A stretch of DNA of 64,000 nucleotides, from NCBI GenBank assembly GCA_051530055.1, contig CM121342.1:7448691-7512690 (forward strand), given 5' to 3'. The notes beneath the pieces are model-generated. The model had not been told where the DNA came from and did not search any database. It saw only the letters and a list, made by a program, of their open reading frames with translations. The position numbers and the translations under genes were made by a program. Positions within the stretch are counted from its first letter, which is position 1. Each line of letters begins with the position of its first letter. This DNA is from Neoechinorhynchus agilis (taxonomy: Eukaryota; Animalia; Acanthocephala). Shown one piece after another: positions 47,701-59,305 of the stretch.

Positions 47701-49492
47701 GTATGGCCAAAAATGGCATGAGCACCAGCGAAGAAATTCCTAATCTGGTGGCGGTCAGCATGTTGTAGTAGTTTATTGGACTTAACGACTTACCAGTGAT
47801 TTTGAATTTGGCGAATGTGATTTTGAGTGAGTGCTTTCGTTTAAAACAAAAATTAAGACCACCAGAGAACGAACAGACATTGCGCGCATACAACGTCGAG
47901 TTTTTATTCGAGAATGACGTCACTTTTAATTATTACGCGCGCGAAATTTTTTTTATGTCGGTGTCCACTTCGAACGTTGGTTTGGAACGTAATAAAGAAA
48001 ACCAATTAATGGAAAACTAACAGCTTCACAAGTCCGTGTCACGATCCTTCTAAGCTGCACAACTTGAATGCTTTGAGGGCCCGGTCGATTTTACGTGCCC
48101 AGAACTGATGCAGTTTGCTCAGAGATCTGAGAAAGCTTTATATAAAATCAAGACGTTGTTCCGCTGGACGGCCTCTGAAGTAAAAACCAGGCCGGATATA
48201 GCCCACGTATTCCAGATTAATTTAACATCTTTAGTATTTATTGCTTTAGCCTGTGTCACTTTTAAAAGCTTCTTGGGTTTATTCACATCGTCTTAAGAGC
48301 TACAATTTTTGATAAACGTGTACCCAAGAATTTCTACTTTATTTTGAACGATCACCGCATCAAGCGTTTAATATTCTTTCCAAAATTTTATTATCTTGCG
48401 TTCCCCTAAAGTGAAACGAGAGTTTAAAACTTACTTAGTCTTTGATGTTATGGTCTAACCTTATTTGAGGTTGGTATTTATGTAAAAAAATAAGCAACGA
48501 CGATGAAATAGCTATTGTCATGTTTCTGCCTTACTAAACTAATTATTTTTCTGCCCTTTCCCTCGATCAGCTTTCTTTTAAATTTTGTCATATCGATTTT
48601 GGAACTAAACTGAATAATTTACTGTTCATGTAGCTTCTTATGCATTTTCAAAGTGTAATCTTGCAAAACCATCTATAATAATTGTACATATTAAAGGAAT
48701 GATTTCATTGTGGCCAAAACCCCAACGAAAATTCTAGAAATATCACATGTAAATAATTCGGTCTAAAAAGTCATTATAGCTATCATTTTCGAAAAGGTGC
48801 TGCCGCCTCCAACTAGAAATGTAGTTTGCATTACCAAAAGTGGGTTTCAAGGTAATCACAACGGGTTTGCGCATGTCTAGCTTTAATCTATTGGCTTCGC
48901 ATCGATTGCAATGCCATTCACTACTCAGAAATGTAGTGATCATAATCCCGGGTAGAAGATATTAAATTGAGATACTCCGCGAAAGCCTGTAAAGAAGACT
49001 TAAATAACGACTGATAATACGAAACTTCCTCGCGAAATATCTCATTTAAATGAAATAGTTTTTATCCAAGATTATGATCACCACATCTCAAACTCTATCA
49101 TCCCGAAGGATTTTCTCTCGGTGACAATTTCCACTATTCTTTGCATATTTACAAATTTTCGACTGTACAGGTTTTTCGAAAGAGCGCGCTGCTTTATCAG
49201 TGGAATCGCATTGGCCGAATGGACGCGATCATTTGCAATAAGGTATGAGTTTCATAGTAATCTAATTTGCATTCACTCTTCGATCATATTATTTGTTCGC
49301 CGATAAATTCGTGTCAATCTCGTAATCGGAACAGATCTTGACATATATAAAAACGATTTTAATTTTAAAACCCTTGCAAAACCGCTCAGCGGTGATTAAC
49401 TAGCATATTATAAATTTACACTGCAATACATTTCATGTTTCATTAATTCGGAATGTCCAGCCATTTTTTCAACCTTGCAAATCAATTGCACA

Positions 49493-50314
49493 TCATTTCA
49501 ATGTATCTTCCTCCAGATTCAAGGTCCATAATAAAGAAGAAACCGGTGTACACTTCACAGAGCAATCAACATTCGATGGTCGATCACATACTTGCTTATC
49601 AAAATCGAATCGATTACCAGCAGGGCAGTACAATTCAGTAATCGGGTTTGCTTTGCAAAAAAAGAACGACTTGCAATTATTCTCGTAATTGGGTTCGTGA
49701 TCTTTTCCACACAGACATATCTTAGCAGGTTCTGTGGTGCTCTCGGTTGCTGACTCGGTGGTACTCTCAGTGGTTGACATTGTAGTGCTCTCGGTTGTTG
49801 ATTCGGTGGTACTCTCGGTTGTTGACTCTGCTGTGCTTTCGGTCGCTGACTCTGTGATGCTCTCGGTTGTTGACTCAGTGGTGCTATCAGTGGTTGACTC
49901 TGTAGTGCTCTCGGTTGTTGGATCTGTGGTGCTCTCGATTGTTGACTCTGTGGTGCTATCAGATGTGGACTGGCTAGTGGATATTGTTGTGGTCTTCTCA
50001 GTGGATGTACTTCCCGTTATGGAACTTAGGATTGTTGATTGCGTGACTGAAGGTGTTGTGGTCGTGATAAAAGATACGTTGTTGCTCGTAGAAGCATTTA
50101 TTCTTGAATTTGTGAAAGCAACGGATAGTACGGAGGCTACCACAGCAATTGCTAATAAAGCATTGCAGCATAAAATGAAACAGAAAAGACCCATTCGATT
50201 TCTAGATTAGGATTTCAAACATCGATTTTATTAGAACCTTGCGTACCTTCGTTTCTGTTTTACTTCATCTTCGTTTCGAAAGCGTACAAAATATGGACTT
50301 TGTGGAAAAAGCAT
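49493..50314 (-). CDS. Mucin-like peritrophin with N-terminal TM anchor and C-terminal CBM14 (exons 50314-50247, 50201-49493)
   Basis: 45-bp GT-AG intron 50246-50202; MLFPQSPYFVRFRNEDEVKQKRRNR, then LFCFILCCNALLAIAVVASVLSVAF; short ESTT stalk; CBM14 differs from the 22.6-kb copy by one residue. Confidence 0.9.
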
Positions 50315-50844
50315 TTCAGGCCGTCTGACAAGGAGTTTGTCGATCCTTTCGTTTTGTAGGATTATCAAAGAAAATGATTAAGATGAACTCACTGTATAAG
50401 AGCTCATTGCTGATTCACTTTAGTTTTCATCTTCAAGTTAAAGTAGAAATTCCGGGAGGAACGTCGTAAATAGCTTTGTAAGCTTAGTCATAGAAGTGGG
50501 TGTAAGCTTAATCTAGTCATCGTATTACTTTAAGTCTGGAATCCAGAAACTAAAACCAAGTGAGAACGCGATTACATTAAGATTGCGATCGATTTAGCCC
50601 ATGAGTACCATATTAATTTAACATTTTTAATTATTATGCCGAGTTGGTATGTGCGACTTTTAGAAAGTTTGCTTAAAGTTGTTCAGGTGAACGGTCTCCG
50701 GAGTCCAAGGTATTTTCGTCGCTTCAGTCCATAAACCCAAATGTGCATTATCCAAAAAACCTTGACAGTCGTTTGTGGTTAAATGAGCACGAATTTTATA
50801 TTTAAGATGGCGCATCGCATAGTAAAAAGGTGCACAAAACAACA

Positions 50845-51324
50845 ATGATTCTCCTACTTCTTCTTGGATTCATATCGATCGTAGATTTAGCCATTCTAAA
50901 TACACATCGAAGATCTTCGTCTTCTACAACGATGAACAATGATTGTTTTGATTACGACGTCCTCAAGGAAAATTTATATGATTCATCCCGTAATGTGGAC
51001 CAATGTGGTAATAAGCTAAGGATTAAACGTAGGTCGTGTATTAACATGAAGATTGGACAAGACCTGGAACCTACGATTTTCTGCGTTATGGTAGATTACA
51101 TAATTACAACTGCATGCAGTGATCATATCTTCTATTCAGTCGATCCAAATCAAAAGCTTGATGCTTCTTCGTTTAATGTTGCTAGTTCTTATGCTCCCTC
51201 TTTTTGGGATGCGGACCTTTATGAACTGCAGCGGAAACTTCAACCTCATTGGAAATACATCTTAGAACATAAAGTTAGACAGTCGATTTTAATGGGACGA
51301 ATGCATCCTTGTCGAATTTTCTGA
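50845..51324 (+). CDS. Secreted Cys-rich orphan protein (copy 2, inverted)
   Basis: About 50710-51640 is the reverse complement of about 45690-46620. Confidence 0.7.
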   Translation: MILLLLLGFISIVDLAILNTHRRSSSSTTMNNDCFDYDVLKENLYDSSRNVDQCGNKLRIKRRSCINMKIGQDLEPTIFCVMVDYIITTACSDHIFYSVDPNQKLDASSFNVASSYAPSFWDADLYELQRKLQPHWKYILEHKVRQSILMGRMHPCRIF

Positions 51325-51849
51325 AATATTTGTTCACCACAAAAATTAAATAAGCCTTTATTTTGTGAATAAAAATCTTTCCGAAAAAATGAACAACTCA
51401 AACGCAACCTTGCATTCGCCAGTTTGAAAAGTAAGATTTAAAGCTCGCTTTATTGTTTCTAAAATATGAACAAGTTTAAAATATATCGCAATAATGTTTA
51501 CGCTTCGTTATCTATAGCGATTCGAATTATTTTAAAATATTCGTGAGCTCAGTACGAAGATGACAAACGCGATTTGTAATAATTTTTCTTATGGCATAAT
51601 TTAGTCCATTTCCCATTGCTTAGAAGAGGTGAAATTAGGCTCCACAAAAAATCCTTGCTACAAACTGAGTGCCAGAAATAACAACATTGGCTACAAAAAC
51701 CCTTCGAATAAGCAGTCTCTTTTCCAAAAGAAGAAGGGAAAATCAGGCGAAGAGTTCGGCGATTCTTTACTTTATTGTTTGAAGATTTTATTTTTTAAAC
51801 AATAATTTAACTTTTCTAGGTTTTACAATAATAAAGCACAAAACGTCCA

Positions 51850-52650
51850 ATCACCACCTCCCGCCGAATTCCAGCTTTTGTCCTTCCTCGACTGTCGCTA
51901 TCACGCTAGCAGCATTGCCTCGTTGTACTGCGAGCGAGATATTTTGTCGAAGGAATACACCTGCTCGTGCGTCGCCGGTCGTTTCTCTCAATTTTTTCGA
52001 GAGATCCTGGAGCAGAGAGAGTACCAAGCTGCCAAGCGCTCCATGCGTCTCTACTCCGAAGGGGACAAAATAGTGAGCCCTCGATAAGTGAAGATATTTC
52101 CGTATTTTCCTCCCTTTCGCTGCACTGGCGGCACCACCGGCGATTTCGAGGGAGTAGGGAATGTTGCTTACTGCGAGGGACGTGGCGTCCCAGAGAAGGC
52201 ATTTGCTCCCGCCCCGGAAAGATCGAAATTCCATCGGGGCTACGGCCGTCTAGTCGACAAAGGTGGGCGAGTTCCAGGATGTTCGGGAAGTTCGCCGTTC
52301 TCAACGCCCGAGAAATTGCGTTATTGATTTCAGAATGGCGTGAGAACCTTCCTACTGACCTTCTGCAGACGAGACCGTGTCGCCCGAAGGCATCAACCAA
52401 AGACCCACATCGACAGCGATGGGGCGTGCATATCGGGAGACCAAGTCTTTAGGACACTGCGATCATCGTTACCTCATCAGTAAGAAGAGTTCCCACTGAT
52501 GCCAGAGGAACAGCCTCCAACCACGCCCCAGATTCTCGTGTCGAAACTGCCAACAATATAGCTCGGACGACCCCATCGCGAGAACCGGAAAGTAGAGAGC
52601 TGTGAGCTCTCGCGACAAGAGGTCCGTCCCAGATCGATGGCTGAGGCCAT
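51850..52650 (-). mobile_element. CRE-like C-terminal fragment (zinc-binding region plus RLE)
   Basis: GAWLEAVPLASVGTLL; GRHGLVCRRSVGRFSRHSEIN; DGRSPDGISIFP; WDAT; FVPFGVETHG; NISLAVQRGNAASV. Confidence 0.9.
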
Positions 52651-53740
52651 TCACGGGAACGTGGTTGGCGCAAGTTTCACCGGGATAAATACATAAATAT
52701 TTTTTAAGGACGTAAAATGAGTTATTTGCTTCCTGCATAACATTTTCCACTATTGATTGAGGTGACGAGCGAAATGTTGACACTTGCCATCCTCAATCTT
52801 TACAATCTGGATTCTAATGCCCCTGCAATCGATCCCAGGCATTTGGTATATTCCACTTCTACAGTCCAATTAATTACAATGTCGGTTTATCAATGGAAAA
52901 AAAGTCCATCATTAACTTCAAATCGTTTCAAGATCCTTCGCAATTCGTCTTCGGTCAAACGAAAGGTTCTGATCAAACAGTGGAAGCAATACACGGCTAC
53001 AATTATGAAGGAGATACAATGCAAAATGCTATTTTGTTGAATTTGCAAAATCTCCTAGAATTCAATATGAAGATCTTGAAACGGATGATGCCGTGTTGCT
53101 TTGTTAGAAGGACATAACAATGTCCAATAATTTCGCAAAAGTGAATCCATCAGAATTGACGATTTTGTGTGAATCTCTGTGGTGCTGCATAACATCTTTC
53201 CAATTAAAATGTGCGTACAAAACGGAGCATTTTGCCTGATTTTCCCTTCTTTTCTTGGAAAAGAGACTGCTTACTGGGAGACAGTCATCACAGATTGGAA
53301 TCTTCGCTTTCCCTTTAGTTCTTCACTGCTAAATCTTATTACGGTTTCTGGAAATGACTCCGGGTTCTTGTAAAGCGATCTCTGCAATGCGTTAGACAGC
53401 CGAGAAGCGCACTTTCATGATTGAATGACACACCAGTAGAGAACGAGAGTTGGTAATTTTGGCACTCAGTTTGTAGCATTAACAGTGCATGAGAGGGATA
53501 TCTCGACTGTTCTTTGTGCCGTAGTGCAATAAATAATCCTGGTCCCCCTGAGCGACACTGTCATCGTAGTAGTCGATTATTCATTTAAACTCTTTACCAT
53601 AAGAAAAAGCGGAGAAAGCCCAAGAAGTAAAAAACGCAAATTTCCATATCACGCATTCACAATATCAGGGAATCTCGACGAAGAGATACGCAAGCACAAC
53701 GCCTATTTCAATCGAGTGATAACAATGGGCGATAAGTATT

Positions 53741-55721
53741 ATGAGTATCAAAACCGTACACAAATCAATCACTCGATCTGGATTAGTAATATTAGCCTTC
53801 GTCTATCTCCTCCTGGGTGCAACAATGTTTAATCGCATTGAGATGAAAAACAATACCGAACTTGAAAAACGAGTCCGTCTACAGTGCAAACAAATGCAAC
53901 TAAAGTTCAATTTTTCGATTAGAAGCCTAAAAGACACAGAGAGGGCAATCAATGGGTTGTCCGAATTAAACAACGAATCGTGGAATTATGCGTCCGCACT
54001 TTACTTCACGGTTGCAGTTGTGACCACAATCGGTGAGTACGAAGGCGGTATTTAATCTTCTTTTATTAATTACAAAACTAAATAACTTCTTTACAGGTTA
54101 CGGAAATCTCACGCCTCTAACAAAGTCAGGAAAAACGCTTTGTATGCTTTAAAATATCGATTCTCGACAAAATGCCAGTCAACGACGCATTCCTAAAAAA
54201 TTAAGTTTACTAACGAACTCGAAAACAAGGGCTTCTTCTAAGAACCCTATTCGCTGAAACCCGAGAAACGTAAAATTAAATTAGCTTAAAAGTTTTTACT
54301 TCGAGTAAGAGTTGTAATTTCTACACGAAATGGAATACACATTGTGCTGTTCTTTAAAAAAAATCTAGACTATGTTACTAATAAACAAATGTTGTAATCT
54401 TGAATGAGAGAATTTAGGCAATCCCATTTATCTAAATCATTGTTTTTAATCTTTTTTTAGTGAATCGGAAAATAGGTGTCCGTACCGCAATCAAAAGTGT
54501 CTCGATTTTTGACATGTGAAACAGAAAATACATTTTATTTTTGCATATTTGTTGTTTATGCGTAAGTTATTCACGTATTTTTTAAGTTTATTGTTAGTTT
54601 TGTTGCAAATAACGCTAATTTCTGCAAAAATTTCTATATGTGCGAGGAGGTATCGGGGGAAATGTGATTGGAATTATTGTTTAGAAGTCTTCACTCGCGG
54701 TAAATGATTATTTCGATTAAAAACGTTATGTGAACCTCGAAAGCGGTTCATCATCAGTTCTAAAATACCTCACCCACTTGTATTTTAGAACTGATGATGG
54801 TGAACCGATTTCGAGGTTCGCAGAAATGTTTTTAATGGAAAAGAAATCATTTACCGCGAGTGAAGACTTCTAAACAATAACTCCAACTTTCCAAAAAGAT
54901 CTTCACCTTCCAATGAAGAGTTCGAAATTGAGGTCAGGTTTCAAAGATTATTTTGATGTTTCATTCCAAATTGCCAAGAATCGATAAAGTACGCGATTTG
55001 GGGAATTCCGTTGTGCATTGTGATGTTCCAAGCACTCAGTGAGAATATAAAAGAGCTAATTCAGCGGTTAGTGAGCTTTATTCACAGGAGGCTTCCGCTG
55101 TACTCACTAAAGCACAAACCATCGGCAAAGACTTGTTTACGCTTGATAAGCGGTGTACTAACGCTCATCGTTGTATCCGTAGGTATGTTAGTGTTCCATC
55201 AGTTTGAACAATGGTCATATCTTGATTGCGTCTATTATTGTTTTGTAACGTTAACAACTATTGGTTTCGGAGACTATGTCGCCTTTCGTGAGGCTCGTTT
55301 CGTTGAACGTAACAAAATCTACTTTCTCATGGTACTTGGCTTCATCATGTTTGGATTGGCAGCGGTTGCACTAAATGCCGATCTTCTAGTAATCGGATTT
55401 CTGAAGAACACAACATCCGACTCATATTACTCGGTTGTTTCGAGACCCAGTATAAGAGGATCAGTGGACATTTCGAAGACCAATGGAAAGTCGTTGAAAG
55501 AAAAGCTGATTATGGGTAAAAAAAGAAAACCGAAAAGATGGAAACTGATTGGAATTCGAAAAAGGAAACGATTACCACGGTACACAGTCCAACCAAGGCC
55601 AGTATCCATCTCACATCTTGTACAGAATGAACATGATAGGTGCACTGACAGCGACTGTATATATTGTAACGGACCTCACATCGATCGATGTGCCATGGAC
55701 CGTGAATTTTGTACTTTGTGA
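53741..55721 (+). CDS. Two-pore-domain potassium channel (TASK/KCNK3-9-like); exons 53741-54032, 54097-54149, 54990-55721
   Basis: YLLLGATMFNRIE; P1 ALYFTVAVVTTIG|YGNLTP; LCML|YAIWGIPL; P2 YCFVTLTTIGFGDYVA. The second junction lacks a GT donor. Confidence 0.88.
54152..54989. mobile_element. TIR-bounded non-autonomous element flanked by TA, inside the K2P coding sequence
   Basis: Left TATCGATTCTCGACAA, right TTGCCAAGAATCGATA; TA at 54150-54151 and 54990-54991; removing one TA plus the element restores CTT-TAC (L-Y). Confidence 0.65.
54668..54886. mobile_element. Near-perfect palindromic MITE of about 220 bp nested in the K2P insert
   Basis: ttggaattattgtttagaagtcttcactcgcggtaaatgatt ... aatcatttaccgcgagtgaagacttctaaacaataactccaa. 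Confidence 0.88.
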
Positions 55722-56476
55722 TAAGACAAAATATTCTTGTATAAAGTTTTTTCAGTTGTTTATTGAGTAAACATGAATCCAAATGGCCCCACAATGAAGA
55801 TAGTTTTTGAGACAAAAAAGATTAGAGGAAACAATTTGCAGAGAAAAAGTGTACTCAACAAGATTATGGTTTCGTTTGTACGAATGGCTGATTCATTAGT
55901 GGTGAATTGTCTAACATAACAACAAATCAAAGGTAAAAAATCTTTGGAGATGTAGTGATCAAAATTGCGGGTTGAAAATATTTTATTGAGATATTTCCAA
56001 TCAGTGATTCTTTAAGTGTTGTTCAATATATATAAAACCTCTCGGACGAATTTTATCCTAATTTAGTAAAAAAAGCTTGTTTTAGGGGCGAGAAAAGTGA
56101 GATTAAAAGTTTAGGCACTAAGCGAATGGTTTAAGGAAATTTTGATTTTTCCTTTTGTGGAAAAGATCGAACACGTTGATTAGGAAGACGTTAAACGTCT
56201 AAATGAAGCAACGATGTATTCCACCACGAAAACTCGAAGTTGACGGACATATCTTCGCGGCGTGTCCAACCAAAATTACCAGCCATATTCTTGTTTTTTC
56301 TTTCTAAAAAGTTAAATTTTTATCGTTTCTATACAATGGAGAACCATTTGAAATAGCATGTCCGAAAAGAAAAAGACCGATGCGGAAATCAAAGTTTGAA
56401 CTTTGTAGCTTAACCGGAATATTCACTCTCCGAAAAATAAGCGGTTTATTGAGATGTTTCATTGTATTTTTGAGGG

Positions 56477-57241
56477 TTAATCGTAATAAATACCAGTCCC
56501 ATAAATAAAATTTAGAACACGTTCGTCCACTAACCATTTGCAGCTTTTGCCGCTTTTCAACGAATCACGAATAATGGTTGAACGAACGTCTAAGCGAATT
56601 TGGTCTTCGATGAAAATTAGATTAGAGGAATCGTTAATTTGGAACTTTTCAATAAATTCGCCCAAACGTTTTTGAACGTTTTCGTTGATTGGAGCATAGA
56701 CAACAATACCGAAATTCTGTACGGCAGCGTTTTACCTTGCTAAGATCGCCACCTAAGTGAAACGCCGCAATCTAAAATAGATTTAACGTCCAACACAGGC
56801 CAAGCATTCGTATCAATCATAGAATATAATGTATCATATCCAATAAGAAGTTTAATAAGAGCATTCGGATTCTTAGAATGGAATCGTTGTAGCACTGTCA
56901 ATGTGTTAGTCCAGCACTTCTGTCCTTTGCATTCCCAATCTGATACGGAAATTTTCGGATGCGACTCTGCTACAAGACGAAGCATTGCAAGACGATTATC
57001 AGCTTGGGCTAAACCCGGTTTACCATAACAATCATGAACCGGTGACATCACGCAATGAACATTTCCAGGATGTAGTGAAATGGATAGAATCTCAATAAGA
57101 AAACCAAATATGACTATCCAAATCAATTTATACCTTCTTCATTTCGTCTAATGCAAAATCAACCATTCTTAGATGACCAATTGTTACTGGGTTAAAAGAA
57201 CCACAACAGATGATTAATAGGTCTTTTAAGTCGGAATTCAT
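56477..57241 (-). CDS. NMNAT: Nicotinamide/nicotinate mononucleotide adenylyltransferase (2 short introns)
   Basis: CGSFNPVTIGHLRM; MSPVHDCYGKPGL..RLAM; SDWE; KLLIGYD; DVRSTIIRDSLKSGKSCKWLV. Confidence 0.92.
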
Positions 57242-57395
57242 TGTCTTCTTTTCTACCGGCAAAGAGGATGGGAGGAATAAGTTAAATCAGTTTGAAGAAT
57301 GTAGTCGACAAACAATCGCTTCTCAATCAATACTCTTTGTGTTCCACAAACGTATTTCAATATTTAATAAAAAAATAAAAAGTTTTGACTCTACA

Positions 57396-57555
57396 ATGGG
57401 GTGTACAAATGCTTCAAGGAGTCAAAATAAACTTCAAACTAACAAGAGGAAATCGCTTTATCAATCGTCACCATCTATTTCCGATAAAAGCACACCATTA
57501 GAGTTTGAGAATAAAAGAGACTATTCGGCGGAAAATTCGGCAATAGAAAAACTGT
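57396..57555 (+). CDS. Possible first exon of an unidentified gene with an MGC acylation-type N-terminus
   Basis: MGCTNASRSQ..; divergent from NMNAT; possible donor CT|GTAACG; downstream exons not resolved. Confidence 0.3.
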
Positions 57556-57639
57556 AACGCGAAACTTTATAAAGGTCAATTTTGAAATTACCAGAATTCC
57601 GATCAATCTAATTAGTGAAAAGGAGCTTTATCTTTGAAT

Positions 57640-57950
57640 TCCGGGAGATGCCTTATAAGATATCATTTGATTGGCGTCATAATCGATAAAATCGATAGGG
57701 ATCTACTCAAAATTGAGTTCAATTCTGAGTGTCTTGGAAACCTCCCTCTGGACATTTTACAACAGAGGCCGTGTCTGCCATTAGCGTCAACTATAAAGCC
57801 GCAGCGACAGCGATGCGGGATACAAATATCCTGGCCCAATCTTAAAGAAACTGCGACCCTCAACGTAGAATCCTCTAGAAGAGTTCCGATTGTCGGGGTG
57901 GGGAGAGCATTTAGCCAGGCTCCGATTCCTTTGTAGAGCACGTAGCAAGA
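57640..57950 (-). mobile_element. CRE-like zinc-finger-region fragment
   Basis: GAWLNALP..GTLL..LRLGQDICIPHRCRCG..GRHGLCCK..RHSELN. Confidence 0.88.
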
Positions 57951-57956
57951 CGAACT

Positions 57957-58690
57957 TTATTGGTATTTTAGAATTTTGCTACTTTGCGTTCAACCTAAAA
58001 AAATCGGATTTATCGATGTTTGAGATTTATCAAAGTTGCAATCTCTTTGATGTTTTATGAAAAAATATCTGTAGTAGAAAATAAAACCTTCTTTCAATGA
58101 GATAATAGAAAAGATTTCGGTTACTTAGACATTATTTCGAGTTTTTTATTTCTAAAATTCGTATCGAAGTTATAAAGATAAATTTTGTAATCAATGCGAT
58201 TTACCGGGTCGCCTTTTAGGTGCTTTTTTATGTGTAGGAATAAATTATTGGTATTTTAGAATTTTGCTACTTTGCGTTCAACCTAAAAAAATCGGATTTA
58301 TCGATGTTTGAGATTTATCAAAGTTGCAATCTCTTTGATGTTTTATGAAAAAATATCTATGAGAGAAAATAAAATCTTCTTTCAATGAGATAATAGAAAA
58401 GATTTCGGTTACTTAGACATTATTTCGAGTTTTTTATTTCTAAAATTCGTATCGAAGTTATAAAAATAAATTTGGTAATCAATGCGATTTACCGGGTCGT
58501 TTTTTAGGTGCTTTTTTATGTGTAGAAATAAATTATTGGTATTTTAGAATTTTGCTACTTTGCCTTCAACCTAAAAATCGGATTTATCGATGTTTAAGAT
58601 TTATCAAAGTTGCAATCTCTTTGATGTTTTATGAAAAAATATCTGTAATAGAAAATAAAACCTTCTTTCAATGCGATAATGGAAAAGATA
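57957..58690. repeat. Tandem repeat, 288-bp unit, about 2.5 copies
   Basis: tggtattttagaattttgctactttg at 57961, 58249 and 58537. Confidence 0.93.
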
Positions 58691-58809
58691 GTTTTTTATT
58701 TCTAAAATTTGTAACGAAATTATGAACGCTTTTAATTTTAAGTATTTTTGATTAATAGTCGTTTAATCAATGTCCTCGGCTTTACAAACGTTGCCCTTTT
58801 GTCTATCGT

Positions 58810-59305
58810 TCCGAGAAATGTCACCGATCCTTTTTCGAATTATAAACCAAAAATTTTGGATTTACCAATATGCCTTTTTTTTAAATTTTTAGACGTTAAA
58901 AACATTTGAGAAATTCTTGTTTTTTTGAGAAAAAGCGAATTTTTCATGCCGAAAAATGAAACTGATTTCTTTTTTGAGCAACGAACAAAAACTTGGATTT
59001 ACCAAAACTTCTTATAATTTGAGACCGTAAGAATAACGTAGAAAATTCTCGTTTTTGAAAATAAACGAATCTTTCATGCCGAAAAATGTAAATGATTCCT
59101 TTTTTGAACAATGAACAAAATCTTGAATTTGTGAAAACGCCTTTCTTTTAATTTTTAGACCGTAAAAATATTTTGGAAATTATTGTTTTTTTGAGAAAAG
59201 CGAATCTTTCGTTCTGAAAAATGTCACCGATCTTTTTTGAATCGTAAACAAAAAATTTGGATTCACCTAGACTTCTTATAATTTGAGACCGTAAGAATAA
59301 TTTTT
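58810..59305. repeat. Degenerate AT-rich tandem array of about 130 bp, resuming at about 60735-60890
   Basis: ccgaaaaatg and gagaccgtaagaataa motifs recur on both sides of the Penelope insertion. Confidence 0.65.

Noticed and set aside
47915-47922. Second TGACGTCA site
   Set aside because: No adjacent supported gene start; a single 8-mer is weak evidence.
48743-49300. Small minus-strand ORF pieces downstream of the peritrophin
   Set aside because: No coherent exon chain or recognisable motif.
52753-53480. Short ORFs and a patchy inverted similarity to 51655-51750
   Set aside because: Matches are only 18-40 bp with no recognisable protein; probably decayed repeat.
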